A DNA stretch of 64,000 nucleotides from Azolla caroliniana (lineage: Eukaryota > Plantae > Polypodiophyta), in assembly GCA_043228905.1 (NCBI GenBank), contig JBHGNT010000013.1, positions 4,650,001-4,714,000 on the forward strand, read 5' to 3'. A model generated the notes under the pieces. It saw only the letters and a list, made by a program, of their open reading frames with translations. It did not search any database and was not told the DNA's origin. Position 1 is the stretch's first letter, and each line of letters opens with the position of its first letter. Made by a program: the position numbers and the translations under genes. Shown here piece after piece: positions 25,675 to 39,800 of this stretch.

Positions 25675-26360
25675 TGTTGGGATTTCGGTCCCTCCGGATG
25701 GGATGTCCGGATGACGAAGACCCCGGTAACGGAGCCGGATGATGAAGACCCCGGTTACGGAGCCGGATGACGAAGACCCCGGTAACGGAGCCGGATGATG
25801 AAGATCCCGGTTACGGAGCCGGATGACGAAGACCCCGGTTACGGAGCCGGATGACGAATGTACCCGGAGAGAGATCCGGATGCGGAGACATATTTGTGAA
25901 TATGTTTGCCAAGAGCCCTTGAGGCTATATTTGTAAATAGCCCGAAAGTCATATGTGTATAAATATGACTTAGGGCAAACAGTTTTAATGTTGCTTATCA
26001 TTTTTCTGTTTTTCCACTCTAGAGGAGTGAAGAGAGAGCAGCCGTGAGAGTAAGAGAGAGAGAGAGAGGGATAGAGCGTGAGAGAGGAAGAGGTCAACGC
26101 CTCTGTGTATTTCCGCCGCCTGTGGCGAGGACAGCGAGCTCAAGGTCGTCGTCTTGCAGCTCGCCATTGTATACTTCTCTGTATAGTGTTGGTTTGGAGT
26201 CTTGTACTCCCGTGGTTTTTCCCGTCTAGGGTTTTCCACGTTAATCCCTGTGTGCTCGCGTTTTGTTTCTCTTTGTGGTTCCTATTATCTGCTGCATCGA
26301 TTCGCGCTTACTCGGTTGTGGCCGAGGGAAGAAGGTTAATCGTGTGGTTGATTCCTTACA
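25675..26360 (+). repeat. 3' LTR of G
   Basis: Direct repeat of 20875-21560. Confidence 0.95.
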
Positions 26361-26677
26361 GGTTCTTCGTTATTGTTGGGACATGCAAGAAGTTCTTGAT
26401 GTAGGTTTGGTTGCCCAAATGGGGCATTGTCAACATGTTGCATGGGGTGAATTGTATCATCCCCAGTTTCCACATAGTCGGGTCATTCGAGCATTTGTAG
26501 CTCTCAAAACCAATCTTTATGAGAAGTCATGTGATTGGATGCAGCCGAATCTACAAACCATACATCTTTTGAGTTGGAGGTGCTGGTAAGGTTGCAGACT
26601 GACATTGAGTTCGCTCTGTGCCTCATTAAAAACATTTAGCAACGATCATCGTAGTCAAAGTTGGAGGCGTATTTGGT

Positions 26678-28020
26678 GAGTTGTCGGCTTGTGGAGGTTG
26701 AGTCACACTTCATTTTGCGACACTTTGCCATGTAGTGGCCAAATTTTCCATAGTATCCGTACACGACAGAGTTTTTTTGATGGCTAGGTCCGGCATGATT
26801 GCTCCCCCATCAACCAGACACTCCGCCTCACGCGTTTGAATAGCCTTGCCAGTAGTAGAAGTTGTGTTCTCGAGGTTGTTCTTGGTTGTGTCAGCCTTGG
26901 CCGAATCAACCTCTTCTTCTACGCCCTTGCCCTCTCCCTCTGTTCGAACTTGTGTAGAACATTCGTCCATTTGATCTGTTGCCTATCGTTTGAACGTGAT
27001 TTTCTTCGACTAGTAGCATCGATTGGAGGTTGAAGGAGGGAGGAACCTCCATCGCAAGGATTGTCAACCGTATGAGGCAGAATTGAGGTGCGAGGCCTCC
27101 GAGGCATATCTGCACCATTTTGTCGAGTTGTCCGTTTATGGAGGTGGACTCACGCTTCTTTTTGCGACACTCTGCCACATAGTGGCGAAATTTTCCATAG
27201 TATCCGTACTGGATGGAGTTTTTTTTATGGCTAGGTCCGTCATGATTGCTCCCCCTTCTACCAGACACTCCGCCTCGCACGTTTGAAACGTCTTGTTGGT
27301 AGTAGAAGTTATGTTCTCGGGGTTGTTCTTGGTTGTGTTAGCCTTGGCCGAATTAGCCTCTTTGTCCACACCCTTGCCCACTCCCTCCGTCCAAACTTGT
27401 GTAGACCATTCGTCCATATGATCTGTTGCTTCTCATTCAGATGTGATTTGCTTCGACTAGTAGCATCCATTGGAGCTTAAAGAAGGAGGGAGGATTCTCC
27501 CTCGCAAGGACTGTCGATCCTATGAGGCAGAATTGAGGTGCTAGGCCTCCAAGGCATATCTATACCATTTCGTCGAGTTGTCGGCTTGTGGAGGTCGACC
27601 ACGGTTCTTTTTGTGACACTCTGCCACATAGTGGCCAAATTTTCCACAGAATCCGTACTGGACGGAGTTTTTTGATGGTTAGGTTCGGCATGATTACTCC
27701 CCCTTCTACCAGACACTCTGCCTCATGCGTTTGAAACGTCTTGCACGTAGTAGAAGTTGTGTTCTCGGGGTTATTCTTGGTTGTGTCAGCCTTGGCCGAA
27801 TCAACCTCTTCTTCCACACCCTTGCCCTCTCCCTCCGTCCAAACTTGTGCACACCATTCGTCCATCTAATCCGTTGCCTCTCATTCGGACGTGATTTTCC
27901 TCGACTAGTATCATCCATTGGAGGTTGAAGGAGGGAGGATTCTCCTTCGGAAGGACTGTCAACCGTATGAGGTAGAATCGAGGTGCTAGGCCTCCGAGGC
28001 ATATCTGCACCATTTTGTCA
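26678..28020 (-). repeat. Tandem triplication (~447 bp) of the C gag C-terminal segment
   Basis: QICLGGLAP...VEENHV...GRGQG...AECRK segment occurs three times; junctions near 27124 and 27574. Confidence 0.8.
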
Positions 28021-28315
28021 TCGTCAATGTTGGCATTGATCGACCCAAGAGAGTCACACAACTCCTTGATCTTCAAGGTGTAGGTGTTCATCGACATATC
28101 CCTCCATTGTATATTGTTTAACTCTTGGAGAAGTTGAAGGTTTCGTGCAGTTGTGTTAGCCGTGAATATCTTTTTGAGGTTCCCCCACACCTCCTTCGAC
28201 GTGTTGGCCTCTCTGATGTAGCCGAGCATGTGATCATGAATGCATGATGCAAGGCAATACAACATGCGACTGGCCACACTGCTCCAAAGCTGGGTGGTCG
28301 GCATGTGTTTGGTTG

Positions 28316-28651
28316 GTGAAGCAGAATGCCAACACCACCATCAATCGGTACAAGGCCCAACTTCTGGTAAAAGGGTATGTGCAGACACATGGAGTCGATT
28401 ACGAAGAGACCTTTGCCCCGGTGGCAAAGATGACTACCATTCGAACCGTGATTGCCCTTGTAGCATCGAAAGTGTGGCACCTCCATCAGATGGATGTTAA
28501 GAATGCCTTACTCCAAGGCATATTAGATGAGGAGGTATACATGGTACAACCACCTGGATTCAAGTCAAGCACACATCCAACAGGAATTGAATTAGATGAG
28601 GAGATATACATGGTATGACCACCCGGATTCAAGTCAAGTACACATCTGACA
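28316..28651 (+). pseudogene. Inverted A-family RT fragment inside C gag
   Basis: YKAQLLVKGY...MDVKNALLQG on plus; mirrors 18630-18887 on minus; includes a ~60-bp internal duplication. Confidence 0.8.
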
Positions 28652-30625
28652 AGTATTGGTGCATCTTGTACTCCCAATATGGGAAGTTGTTTCTATGAAG
28701 TTTCTCGGTAGGTATCATAGACATATGCCACGGAGGAAGGTAGGGATTGAACCCAAGACCTCATGGTCTTTATTGGGCAACCTTACCAATTGAGCTACAT
28801 ATGCATCCTTGTACCAAATCCAACTTCATGTAATGTAGATTGAACATTGGAAGTTTCTAGCTTGCACACATTCTCATGCATTCTCTATTGCATGCATCCT
28901 TATGCATTCTCTATTCCATGCATCCTCATGCATACTCTATTTCTCTTGTATTCTAATCTTGTCTTTGCTTTGCTCTATTAAACTTGTCCGTGACAGTTTG
29001 TTCACCTTCCCTCTTCTTGCTACCATGTACGGCTCTGTTGACAACGTAAACCAGATCATGACAGCCTTGCAACAACTTCAGCTAGAGAATGAAATCCTTC
29101 GGGAAACATTATGAGAGTTGCAATCCGGCACTTCAAGAAATCCACCACCCGCCGAGTCACAACCACCGTTGGCACCTAGCCCGACCACGTCCTATTCCCA
29201 TCCATATGTCCTCGAACTAACCATCAGCCTACCAGACAAATTCAATGGCACGAGGGCGTATCTTCGCAGCTTTATCAACCAAATTCGGCTTATCATCCGG
29301 TTACAGCCCCAACGGTATGGTAGTGACTTTTCTCGGGATGGGCTTGTTGGCATGCTTCTTTCCAGGCTAGCGCAAGCATGGTTTGCACCCTTGATCGAGA
29401 CATCATCCCCTCTCTTAGAAAATTTCACCGCTTTCATTGAGCCACTCAAAGCGACATTTGGCGAGATAGACCAGCGACGAATGGCACTCACAAAGCTTTA
29501 TTCTTTCCAACAAGGCTCATGTCTAGCCTCGGTCTACGCCTCAAAGTTCCGTCAGATTGCCTATGATGTGAGTTGGGATGACCAAGCCCTATCCGACCAT
29601 TTTCGTCGCGGCCTCCAAAACGACGTCAAGACCCTTCTCTTAAACTTCCCGAGGCCCACATCGTTGTCTCAAGTAATCTCCCAAGTTGTTCAGTGTGAGA
29701 ATCGTCTCTTCGAACTTCGTCAAGAAGAACGAGGGATTTGCGGGTCTCAGGCTTCTTCCCGAAACGCATCAATTGCTAGGGCCTACTTGTCTCCCACGCC
29801 AACCCAGTGATAACCATACCACGACGGAGGTTGATTTCCATACCCTGATGCAGATTGACCACGCTCAATTCCAACCACTAACTGAAGACCAACGCCAACA
29901 TCGTTGGGACAATGGACTCTGTCTCTATTGTGGCAACCCCGGCCATGTCATCCGCCACTGCCGGTGCGAGGCCCGCGACACCAATTCCATCATGCACGTC
30001 TTGTAGAGGTTCCTCGACAACAGGAAAATGACCAAGTCTGGCTGCAGTAGGAGCCATGTCGTTGGACGCTTCCTGTTACTCACCTTCTCCATGCTCCTAC
30101 AAGTTGTTACCGGCCAGCAAGAAGGCTTAAGGAGGTCCAAACCAGAGTGTGAAAGGAATAGTTATTCGGGAACTGTTGTAATTAGTAGTCTTAATATATA
30201 CATATTATTATATAAGAAGATGTGGATGGATGGACCGGAATCGGTACGCCGATCCGGATCCGGAACGATTCCGTAAAGGTGCCGGTTGGCACCGTTTTGT
30301 ATTTTGCACCAAAGACCTATATAAAGGCCCGGTTACAATGTAATCAGGAGCGGATAATTAATTATAACGCTTATTTGTCTTAATCTTCCACTGTTGATTA
30401 CCGTTATGTATTCATTGTTATATCTTACGCGTGTTAATTACGGATGGCTAAGTAATCGATTAAGGTCTAATTAAGCGTTGTGTCGTAAGTCATTCTGTCG
30501 TACCACCCTTTGGGGACGTGTCTTAAGTGGACACCCTGTGTTAGGCTGTTGTCCGGCCCTAGCGATAACACAGTTTTTGGCGACCACGATTGCTACATTA
30601 TCGCAGTGAACAACGGCAAGAATGG

Positions 30626-33600
30626 ATGACTAGGCCAACAGACGACCCGGTTACAGAGAGAGCACAAAGACTTGCTGAACGGAGACGGCGGCGAGAGGCT
30701 TTCCAGCAAGCAACGGAAGAAATCCGAACGGATCGATCATTTTCCAAAGTGATCCGGAAAGTGGCGGAGGAGTCGCTCCGTCTGCAACAAAACGCCTACC
30801 CGGATGAAGGAAGCAGCTTAAGCAGCCTCCAGGAAGCGGAAACCCTTCTCCAGGCCTTGGCCGGAAGAGACGGCGAATCCGAAGCATTTTCAGCGCTGGA
30901 ATCGGATTCGGAAGGGGGTTACAACGCGCATACGAACTATCGCAGCAATAACGACACCTAGGAGGACCAGAGGACGAGGAGTCGAATACTTTACCGACAC
31001 CGGAACCAGAGTTGGCAGACCGAGAACCTCCGGCACTCGTCGTGGAGCAACCTCCGGAGACGGAAGTACACCAGCAAAAACCTCCAACACCGGAAGTCGA
31101 GCCGACAACACCAAAGGAAGACCGACTAAGACCTAAGACGCCGACGGAACAACAGGAAAGACCACCGACACCGCCAGCCCGCGTACTGACACCGGATGAC
31201 GATATGCCGTTCCAGTACTCCAAGTATCGGGATGACCCAGACGCGGAGGCTCATGTTCATGCATTTAAACAAACATGGGAAGCAAACCATGTGTCACAAC
31301 GGTTAACCGCGACAGAAGAGGAACTATCTAAGATAGCCGAATTAGGCGTGACATTAGAAGGACCGGTCGCCAGATGGCACCAGACGCAGGATCGCAGCAT
31401 CATCACCACCTTTGCGGACCTGAAAGACAAATTCTTGCACTTCTTCCAGAAGGAGGTGGATCAGCGAGAAATGGTGGGCTTATTTTATACAATTCGGCAG
31501 GACCCCGGCGAGAGCATCCCATAGTTTGTCATCCGGTTTCAACGGATGCACAATCAACTTACCCGCGCACCTCCGGAGGAAGAAACGCAGGCTATATTTT
31601 TAGCCGCGCTCCGGGAACCTCTACGAACGGTTTGCACGGTCATCGACTTTCGCACAAGCACTGTCGACCAGGTCATCGACCGGGTTAGAGAAATGGAAAA
31701 AACGAGCTCTTGGCTAACAATGGGAGCCCTCCAACGAGCATTACCAACCGATGAGGATCTCCGTTTCCGGCAAGCAATCCAATGCACAACCTGCTTAAAT
31801 TCCAGACACTCGTCACTGGAGTGCACCATGCGGAAGCACTGCTTACTCTACCTATCTATGAGCCACACGATGGACCGGTGCGAATATAACTTATTGAATC
31901 GGCAAGCTCCACCAATCCGGCAAATCGAGCCACGTAGCAGCCGAGACGAAGAAGACGAATGCTAGCAACGAGAGGAGCGATATCGACCGGCACAAGATGT
32001 CTGGTACAACAATCGGCGAGACAACTACGACCGGTACAAGAGATACGACAAGTACCGAGATTACAATGGACGGTACGAGCATCACAACCGGGATCACTCC
32101 CCCGGGTATCACCAACGACGGGAAGATTACGGGAGGTATGACGACTAACCCCGAGAAGGGTACCGCAACAAAAATAACATTAATAAAAAACGGCATTTAA
32201 AAAACAAGAGCCACCCACGTGAACCGGAAAAAGGCACCTCAAGCAGCCAACCAGACCAGAGCCCCGCGGTTACCACAAGTCCTCCACTGGGTACAGGAAA
32301 CAATGCCGAATCCAGCAACACCCGGAAATCATATTGCTATTATTGCCGGCAGGAAGGACATTATAGTAATCAATGTCCGGCAAAGAGCTATGATAAGCGA
32401 CCGGCAATAAACATGGTAGTCGCCGAAGTCGCAGACCTCCAACAGGTCACCACAAGGTCGTAGGGGAAGACTACGGAATGGGAGACACAAGAGGCCATCC
32501 GGAAACAGGCAACGGAATGGGTGAAAAAGGCCAATGAGCGAAACGTAGCAGAACTCGCGCAACAGAAGGAGAACATCGAAGAGCTCGCAGGCGGCAGTCA
32601 GTTCGAAAACGCGACATGGAGGTATTGCAGGAATGCCAGATCACGCTGCCGTTAGGACGACTCTTGCAGCTAGTACCAAGATTCACAGAAGGACTCAAGG
32701 AAGGCATGACGACAAGCGGAACACCACCGGCTCCGGCATTCTTCTCAAATCCGGAGGAGGGACCGGCGGTGGTGGACACCAGCAGTCCGGCAATTACGGC
32801 CATTGTGAAAGGAAAGAACTCCCCGGCACGATAATAGACGAAGGCTCCGGTGTTAATGTAATAAGCCTCCGGACGTGCGATGCTCTTGAAATCCAAGAGT
32901 GGGAGCCATGTCCGTTCTGGCTCCGAATGGCGGACACAAGTTCAGTGCGGCCGACAAGTTTAATACGGAACTTAGAAGTAACCATCGGGGGCCACACATT
33001 CCGAATCTCAGCCGTAGTTCTCCAATTGCAGGCTGAAGGAGCGTACCCATTATTGTTGGGACGCCCTTGGTTAAAGACGACACATATCAAGCAGAACTGG
33101 GGGAGGAATATGATTACATTCCGGCGGGGAAAAGCGAAGGTACGGGTACCAACACAACCAAGGAAGGGCACCGGCAAGGATCTGACACCGTTATATGTGG
33201 AGTGTGTCAATATACTGGAAGGATTAGCAGACGAAGAAGATGAGAAGTACTTGCTAGAGAACCCGAAGATTGAACCCCTATTCGAAATTGACGTCGCGGA
33301 AGCGGTATCACCCTACTTACTGCAACCGGACGGAACCGAAACGGAACCGGATAAAGAAGCAATCCGGGAGTTACGGCATGCGCAGGAGGCATTGGAAAGG
33401 GAAATGGCCGTATCCCAGCGCGTAAAAACGTCCCAATTAGAAGAGGTAAATGTAGGAACGACGGAGGAGGCAAAACCGGTGCACATCGCCAAAGAAATGA
33501 ATGCAGAGAACAAAACGGCGATAATGACACTCCTCAACGAGTTTCGCGACGTCTTTGCCTGGTCGTACGAGGATATAAGAGGCCTAGATCCTCAGTTGTA

Positions 33601-36454
33601 TCAGCACCATATACATCTTAGCAAAGACGCCAAGCCGGTAGCACAGCGTCGGTACCGGATGAACCCAAACTACGCCGCCAAAGTCAAGGAGGAGATCGAC
33701 AAATTACTGAGGGTTGGTTTCATCCGTCCCGTAAAGAAATCTACATGGCTGAGCCTTATCGTAGTCGTACCGAAAAAGAACGGCAAAATTAGAGTTTGTG
33801 TCGACTAACGGAAGCTGAATGCGGCAACGGTAACGAATGCATTTCCACTTCCGTTTACGGATGGAGTGTTGGATGCCGTTGCCGGCCATGAAGTCTACAG
33901 TTTCTTAGACGGATTCAGCGGGTATAATCAGATCCAGATGCACCCTGAGGATCAAGAGAAAACGGCTTTCGTCACCGAATGGGGAGTGTTTGTTGCGGTG
34001 GTGATGATGTTCGGGCTAAAAACGGCACCAACAACATTCCAACGGATCATCATGGAGATCTTTGGCGAATACATACCGGCTTTTATGCAGGTGTTCCTTG
34101 ACGACTTCGCCGTCTATAGCAGAGAAGAAGATCATTTGCAGCATCTCAGACTATGTCTAGAGAAGTGTAGGGCGTACCAGCTAAGCCTGAACCCGGCTAA
34201 GTGTGTATTTGGAGTGTCCAATGGAACGCTACTAGGGCATATAGTGAGCAAGGAAGGCATTGTCGTAGATCCGGATAAAGTGAAAACAATCCGGGAAGCA
34301 CCGGCACCGGCAAAGGCAAAGGCATTGAGCCGTTTCCTAGGACAAATCTGCTGGCATAGCCGTATGCTCCGATATTTGGCAGACCTGGCTACACCTCGGC
34401 ATGCGGCAGTACACCGAACACCGTTCCAATGGACCGACATCTAAGACAAGGCGTACCGGGCACTAAAGTTGTTATTGTCACAAGCACCGGTAGTGCAGCC
34501 TCCGAATTGGAGTAAAGAGTTTCATGTGTTTGTGGACGCTTCCGATATCGCAATCGGCAGCGCGCTCATGCAGCTTACCGAGCCAAGCTGGTACCGGCCA
34601 GTGTACTATGCCAGCCGGAAGCTATCCCAAGCGGAACGAAATTATTCTACCACGGAAAGGGAAGCTTTAGGAATGATCTACAGTGTAACAAAATTCAGGC
34701 ATTATTTATTGGGAAGAAAGTTCTCCTTCCATGTAGATCATTCAACACTCCTCTACCTAGTATCCAAAGCGTCACTTACCGATAAGTTGGCCAGGTGGAC
34801 TTTGTTGTTGCAAGAGTTCGAATTCGAGATATTCCACCGACCCGACATACAGCATGCGGTAGCAGATTATCTAAGCCGGTTAGATTCCGGGGAGACAGGT
34901 GACGGAGTACCGGACGAGTTTCCGGATGCAGAGCTTTTTCGAGTCACCACGGAAATGGCAACAGATGAAACGGTGGCACAAGAAGATAAGTGGCTAACTA
35001 ATATGCACCAGTTTCTGAGTACCGGATTGCCTCCGGAGGAGCTGAACTAGGACGAGAGAAAACGCCTGGCGGTACAGAGCCGACACTTCTGTTTATTACA
35101 GGACACGCTATACCACAAAGGTGTGGACGGTATCTGGCAACCAGCAGTGCGCAGCGACGAGAAAGAGGTAATACTACGGGAGGCACACTGCGGAGTCGTC
35201 AGAGGCCATTATGCCGGAGATGCGACGGCAAGGAGAGTATGGCAAAGTGGCCTATGGTGGCCGACCACATTGAAGGATGCAGTTCGGTATGCGAGGGAGT
35301 GTGATCTATGCCAACGAATGGGTCAGCCAACGGAACAAGCTCGGATGCCACACCAGCCAGTCCTACCACTAGAACCATTCCAGAAATGGGGGTTGGATTT
35401 CGTCGGGCCATTTAAACCACCGGCAATGAGAACTGGCAACCGGTATGTGATCGTCGCGACGGATTACTGACTAAGTGGGTGGAAGTGAAAGCCCTACGAG
35501 ACAACACCACGACGTCAACGGCAAAATTCTTATATGAATGCATTTGGTGCCGGTACGGATGCCCATAGAGCTGATAAGTGACCAAGGAGGGCACTTTCTT
35601 GGACAGGTGGTAGAAAGTTTGACGACGTTCTATGTAGTAGTACATAAACGAAGCACACCGTACTATCTGCAAGCAAATGGGTTAGCTAAGTCGACGATCA
35701 AAACGCTCCAGAATATCCTCCGGAAGATCGTCAATGAAAATCAAACAGATTGGGACACAAAGCTGCACAGTGCGCTCTGGGCTTACCGGACAGCGTACGA
35801 AACAAGCATCCGGACAACACCGTTCCGGTTAGCATTCGGATTGGAGGCAATCATGCCGGTCGAGTTCCAGGTACCAAGCTTACGGATTCAGATTCGGGAA
35901 CGATTGAACGAAAGGAATCGGAGGCAATTCGGTTAAAGGCTCTGTGCAAACTGGAAGAACACCGACTGGCGAGCATTATACACTTGGAATTGGAACAATA
36001 GAGACGGAAAGCATTTGTAGATCGGCATCGGAAGGGAAACGAAAAGATGTTCAGGACCGGCAAGCCGGTACTCGTGTTCCAGACTCGGATGGGCAAAATG
36101 CCAAGTAAACTATGGTTTAGATGGACCAGACCATACTGGATCACACGCGAGTTCAAGGGGTCCTACCAATTGGGGACACTTGCTGGAGAAGTGCTGGGCA
36201 AATGGGTCAACGGATTTAGACTAAAACCATACAAAGGACCTATGCCTAAGAACCCATTTGAACGAAAGGCCGCCACCGAATCAGATGCCGGCAAGCCAAC
36301 CATAACGGCAACCGGTGAAGACGACGGCTACCACCAAGCCAGTAAGAAGGAGTATGAGCCGGCAACCGAGGAGAGCAGAACGGCGGCAAACCGTCAAGAG
36401 GCCGGCAAGTTGCACGCTTCGGGCAAAGGTCTGACGGGACCGGAGAAAAACTAA
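30626..36454 (+). pseudogene. Gag-pol of E with stops and frameshifts
   Basis: Fragments align with the ORF at 56545-62410: FLDGFSGYNQI, FLDDF, VDASD, WGLDFVGP, VNGFRLKPY. Confidence 0.93.
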
Positions 36455-36866
36455 CCGTCAAGATCGTACCTCTGTTCGAGAAAAAAAAAAGAAGGTACAA
36501 GGAGCGAATCAAATAAATCATGGAAAGGAGTGGTGGAAACGGCCATGCACACAAGTAAAGAGGCACGTCAAAAAGGTACGAGGAGCTATGAATAGGACAT
36601 TAAACCACCGCCACATGGCACGCAATGCTATTATAGTACACGACCTGCACATGCGGAGGCTCGAAAAAGGCGCCAAGATGCACAGAGAAAAACCCCCATG
36701 CATCGAGACCTTCTCCTATCACGAACCAAGGAGAACAGACGTAGAGCAACACGCGAAGATCAATCGTAGAGAGCTCGCACACAGAGAACCCCCTCCCTCA
36801 GAACTTTCTCTCTCACACTCTCCCCACCACCAAACCTCGCCAATGCTCTCCGACCTCGACGCAGAG

Positions 36867-39800
36867 ATGGACTACCAAACGCTATCTGAAGCCGCCAAGA
36901 AATGGTTACGGCAGCACGGTCTGGAGGGTTTCTTAACGATCATGGAGGCGGCGCCACACAAGGAGGCCGAAAAGATTATAAAAGAAATCGACACAGAGGT
37001 GATCATGGAGGAAGCGATCCAAGCGTTAATAGGCCTTCCGGAGGGAGGTATCTACACGATCGACAATCCTACCTCCGAGCGACTCATCAAATATTTCGGT
37101 GAGTACTCACTAGCCAGCAAGGGCTACAGGACACAGGGCGGCGAAGATATGCTATTCCGTGAAATTGCCCGTGTGCTTCACGAGTTCGGCCACGTGTACC
37201 CTCGACCCCCCGTCATGCCTCAGAACTGAGCAGGCTTGATCATCGCAACGTACGAAGGGGTCAAGGTAGACTGGCCGGTGTTGATCGTCGGCGAGCTGTG
37301 TACGGCCATTCATATAGTAAGAGGAAAGGACGGCAAGGAAGGCCGGAAAATATGGCATGCGGTGACACAATGGCTCACCCTGTTGGCGCCACCGGTCCAG
37401 CCCGTCCAAACAAAGAAGCGGGGAAGAGCAATGGACGGCACCCCGAAACCTACTTCGAAATGGCAACAACTATTGGCCTCCAAGGCCACTAAGGGGAAGA
37501 CTGCCGAAGCAAAGAAGGCGGCGAAGGAGCGCGCCAACCGGAAGCTGCCGACGGATGCAAGTGAGGAGACACCGGCACGGCCCTTGAAGAGCCCACTACA
37601 CTGACCGGGGCAACAAGAAACGGACACCCTGGCGGCAAGAATGAATGTCGGGACTCAGGCGGAAGAAATGGAGGAAGAACCCACGGAGCACCTCCAGCGG
37701 CGGCCGGTGAAGAGCACCGTTGAATCAGCCAAGAAGCATTCGGACCCACAGAAGGATGGAACGCCCGCAACTCACGCTAAGCAACCCACACCAAGGGAGG
37801 CACCGGAACTGGTTCGGATGGAACCGGTCACAGAAGTCCCAACACAACAGGCAGCACCGGAACGGCAAAGTGGTCAGTTGGCAGAACCAGAAGCGCAGCT
37901 TGACGCAGAACGGCGGGACCTGCCACCGGCGAGTGAACCCATCAGCCAACTCTCCGTGCAAGCGCAACAACAGTGCACCGGCAGCCAATGGCTCCGGTGG
38001 ATAGGAGACCAAATTGCCGGAGTAGTCAGATGCATAGAGGCGGAGGAAAGAGCGCAAACGGAACGGTTGCTAGTCACAACCGATGAACTGGAGACGGCCC
38101 GGTCAAGGATCCGGTGCCTCGAACAAGACTGGGATCGGATCACTAGAGATATGGCCAAAATGGCCTTAACCGCAACGCAGATTCAAGCACCAGTGACTCC
38201 GGTTTATGTACAGAAGAATAAGACCCTGGAGACACAAACTGTCCCAAAGAAACATGCGACACAAGCCCAAGAGCTTGCGGAATTACGAGATGAGCTTGCC
38301 GCACAAGAAGCATTACGGAGCCGCAAACGCGACTTGAAGAAGGCAGCCGAAGAAGAATTAAGAAAGACTGCTGAGAACCTTCGTCATGTAGAGGAAAACC
38401 TGCGTAAAGGACATCATGCTTATGACCGGCTGAAGGAGGAAAAAGAGAAAGTGCTGCAGGAAAAAGACAAGTTGCGACGGATGGCGGAAACGGAAATCAA
38501 GCGGTTGAAGGAAGAGCTCCGGCAACAGAAGGACCGGGAGGACCGCGCGCACCGTTAGATCAACCAAAGGCGGAAGCAGAAGACCGATGATTTCGATCAT
38601 CTGCATCGGGACTACAAGCAGCTGGAGATGGAGCATCAACAACAACAGGAACGGATGGCCGAGCTCCGGCAAGAGGTTGATAGGGCCACAACGGCACTCG
38701 CCGAAGAACGAGCGGAAAGTTCCAAGCTATTGGAGGAAGCGGCGAATGACCGGATGGAGCTCCACAAACAAAACCATGAAGACAAGGAAAGAGCGTCAAT
38801 GGTACTACAGAGGTTGCAAACAACCTATCAAAATCAATTGTCGCATTATAAGGAGCAGGAGGCGGACATGGTTCGGATCATCAAGCAATTGAAAGAGGAG
38901 CGACAAGCCACAGAAAATAAATCACAGATGGCAGCTGAACGGATCCAGTGCATCCTCCAGTCATGGCTCACTAAGACCAAAAGCTTGATTGATGACAGCT
39001 CTGTGCATTGGTGGGCAAAATGGGCGCAGAATACGGCGGAACTCCAATTGCTTAGGGCGGACGTTGAAAACCGGCGAAAGGAGGGCGACGACTGCTATAT
39101 GCTAACCTGAGAGGACTTCACCACCATCAGGGATAAGCTGGCGGAAGATTTCACAGCCCTGGCGGATGAACAATTGGTGCAGGTCCGACAACTCGTAGCT
39201 CAACTGGACGATGATCGGCTGGAGGCACAAATCTAGTTCGAAAGCTATGAGCGGTCCCGGCTCCGGGAAGAAAAAGCGCGAAAGGCGGCAACGGTCAACC
39301 TTAGTGATGAGGGGGAGTTTGTTGGGAGACAGGTCCCTCCAGATGGGAAGGGAGAAGAACAGTGCTTATGAACAAACTCGGCCGAGGCTGATAGGCCAAG
39401 GCCGAAACCGGATAAAGAGTACCTGGCTACGGAGAGCCGGATGATATAGACCCGGTGAAGACCGGATGAAGAGTACCTGGCTACGGAGAGCCGGATGATA
39501 CAGACCCGGTGAAGACCGGATGAGGAGTACCCGGCTACGGAGAGCCGGATGGTACAAACCCGGTGAAGACCGGATGAGGAGTACCCAACTACGGAGAGCC
39601 GGATGGTACAGACCCGGTGAAGACCGGATGAGGAGTACCCGGCTACGGAGAGCCGGATGGTACAGACCCGGTGAAGACCGGAGTACCCGGCTACGGAGAG
39701 CCGGATGGTGCACACCCAGTGAGAAGTGCTCATCGGATGAAGAGACATATTCGTAAATATTTTTCTGAGAGCCTATCATGGCTATATTTGTAAATAGCCG

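Larger units (their letters stand above)
20875..26360 (+). mobile_element. Intact Tnt1/Tork-like Copia element G
   Basis: 686-bp LTRs 20875-21560 and 25675-26360 with 2 differences seen. TSD GGTTC. PBS TGGTATCAGAGC 21564-21575. PPT 25663-25672. Single open gag-pol. Confidence 0.97.
17021..28712 (-). mobile_element. Copia C (A-family, heavily decayed, 5' LTR missing)
   Basis: 3' LTR 17021-17379 (TGTAAAGAAT...TTCTCAACA). RH/RT/INT remnants 17500-20870 and PR/gag remnants 26366-28712, ending at the gag start EKLHRNNF. Confidence 0.85.
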
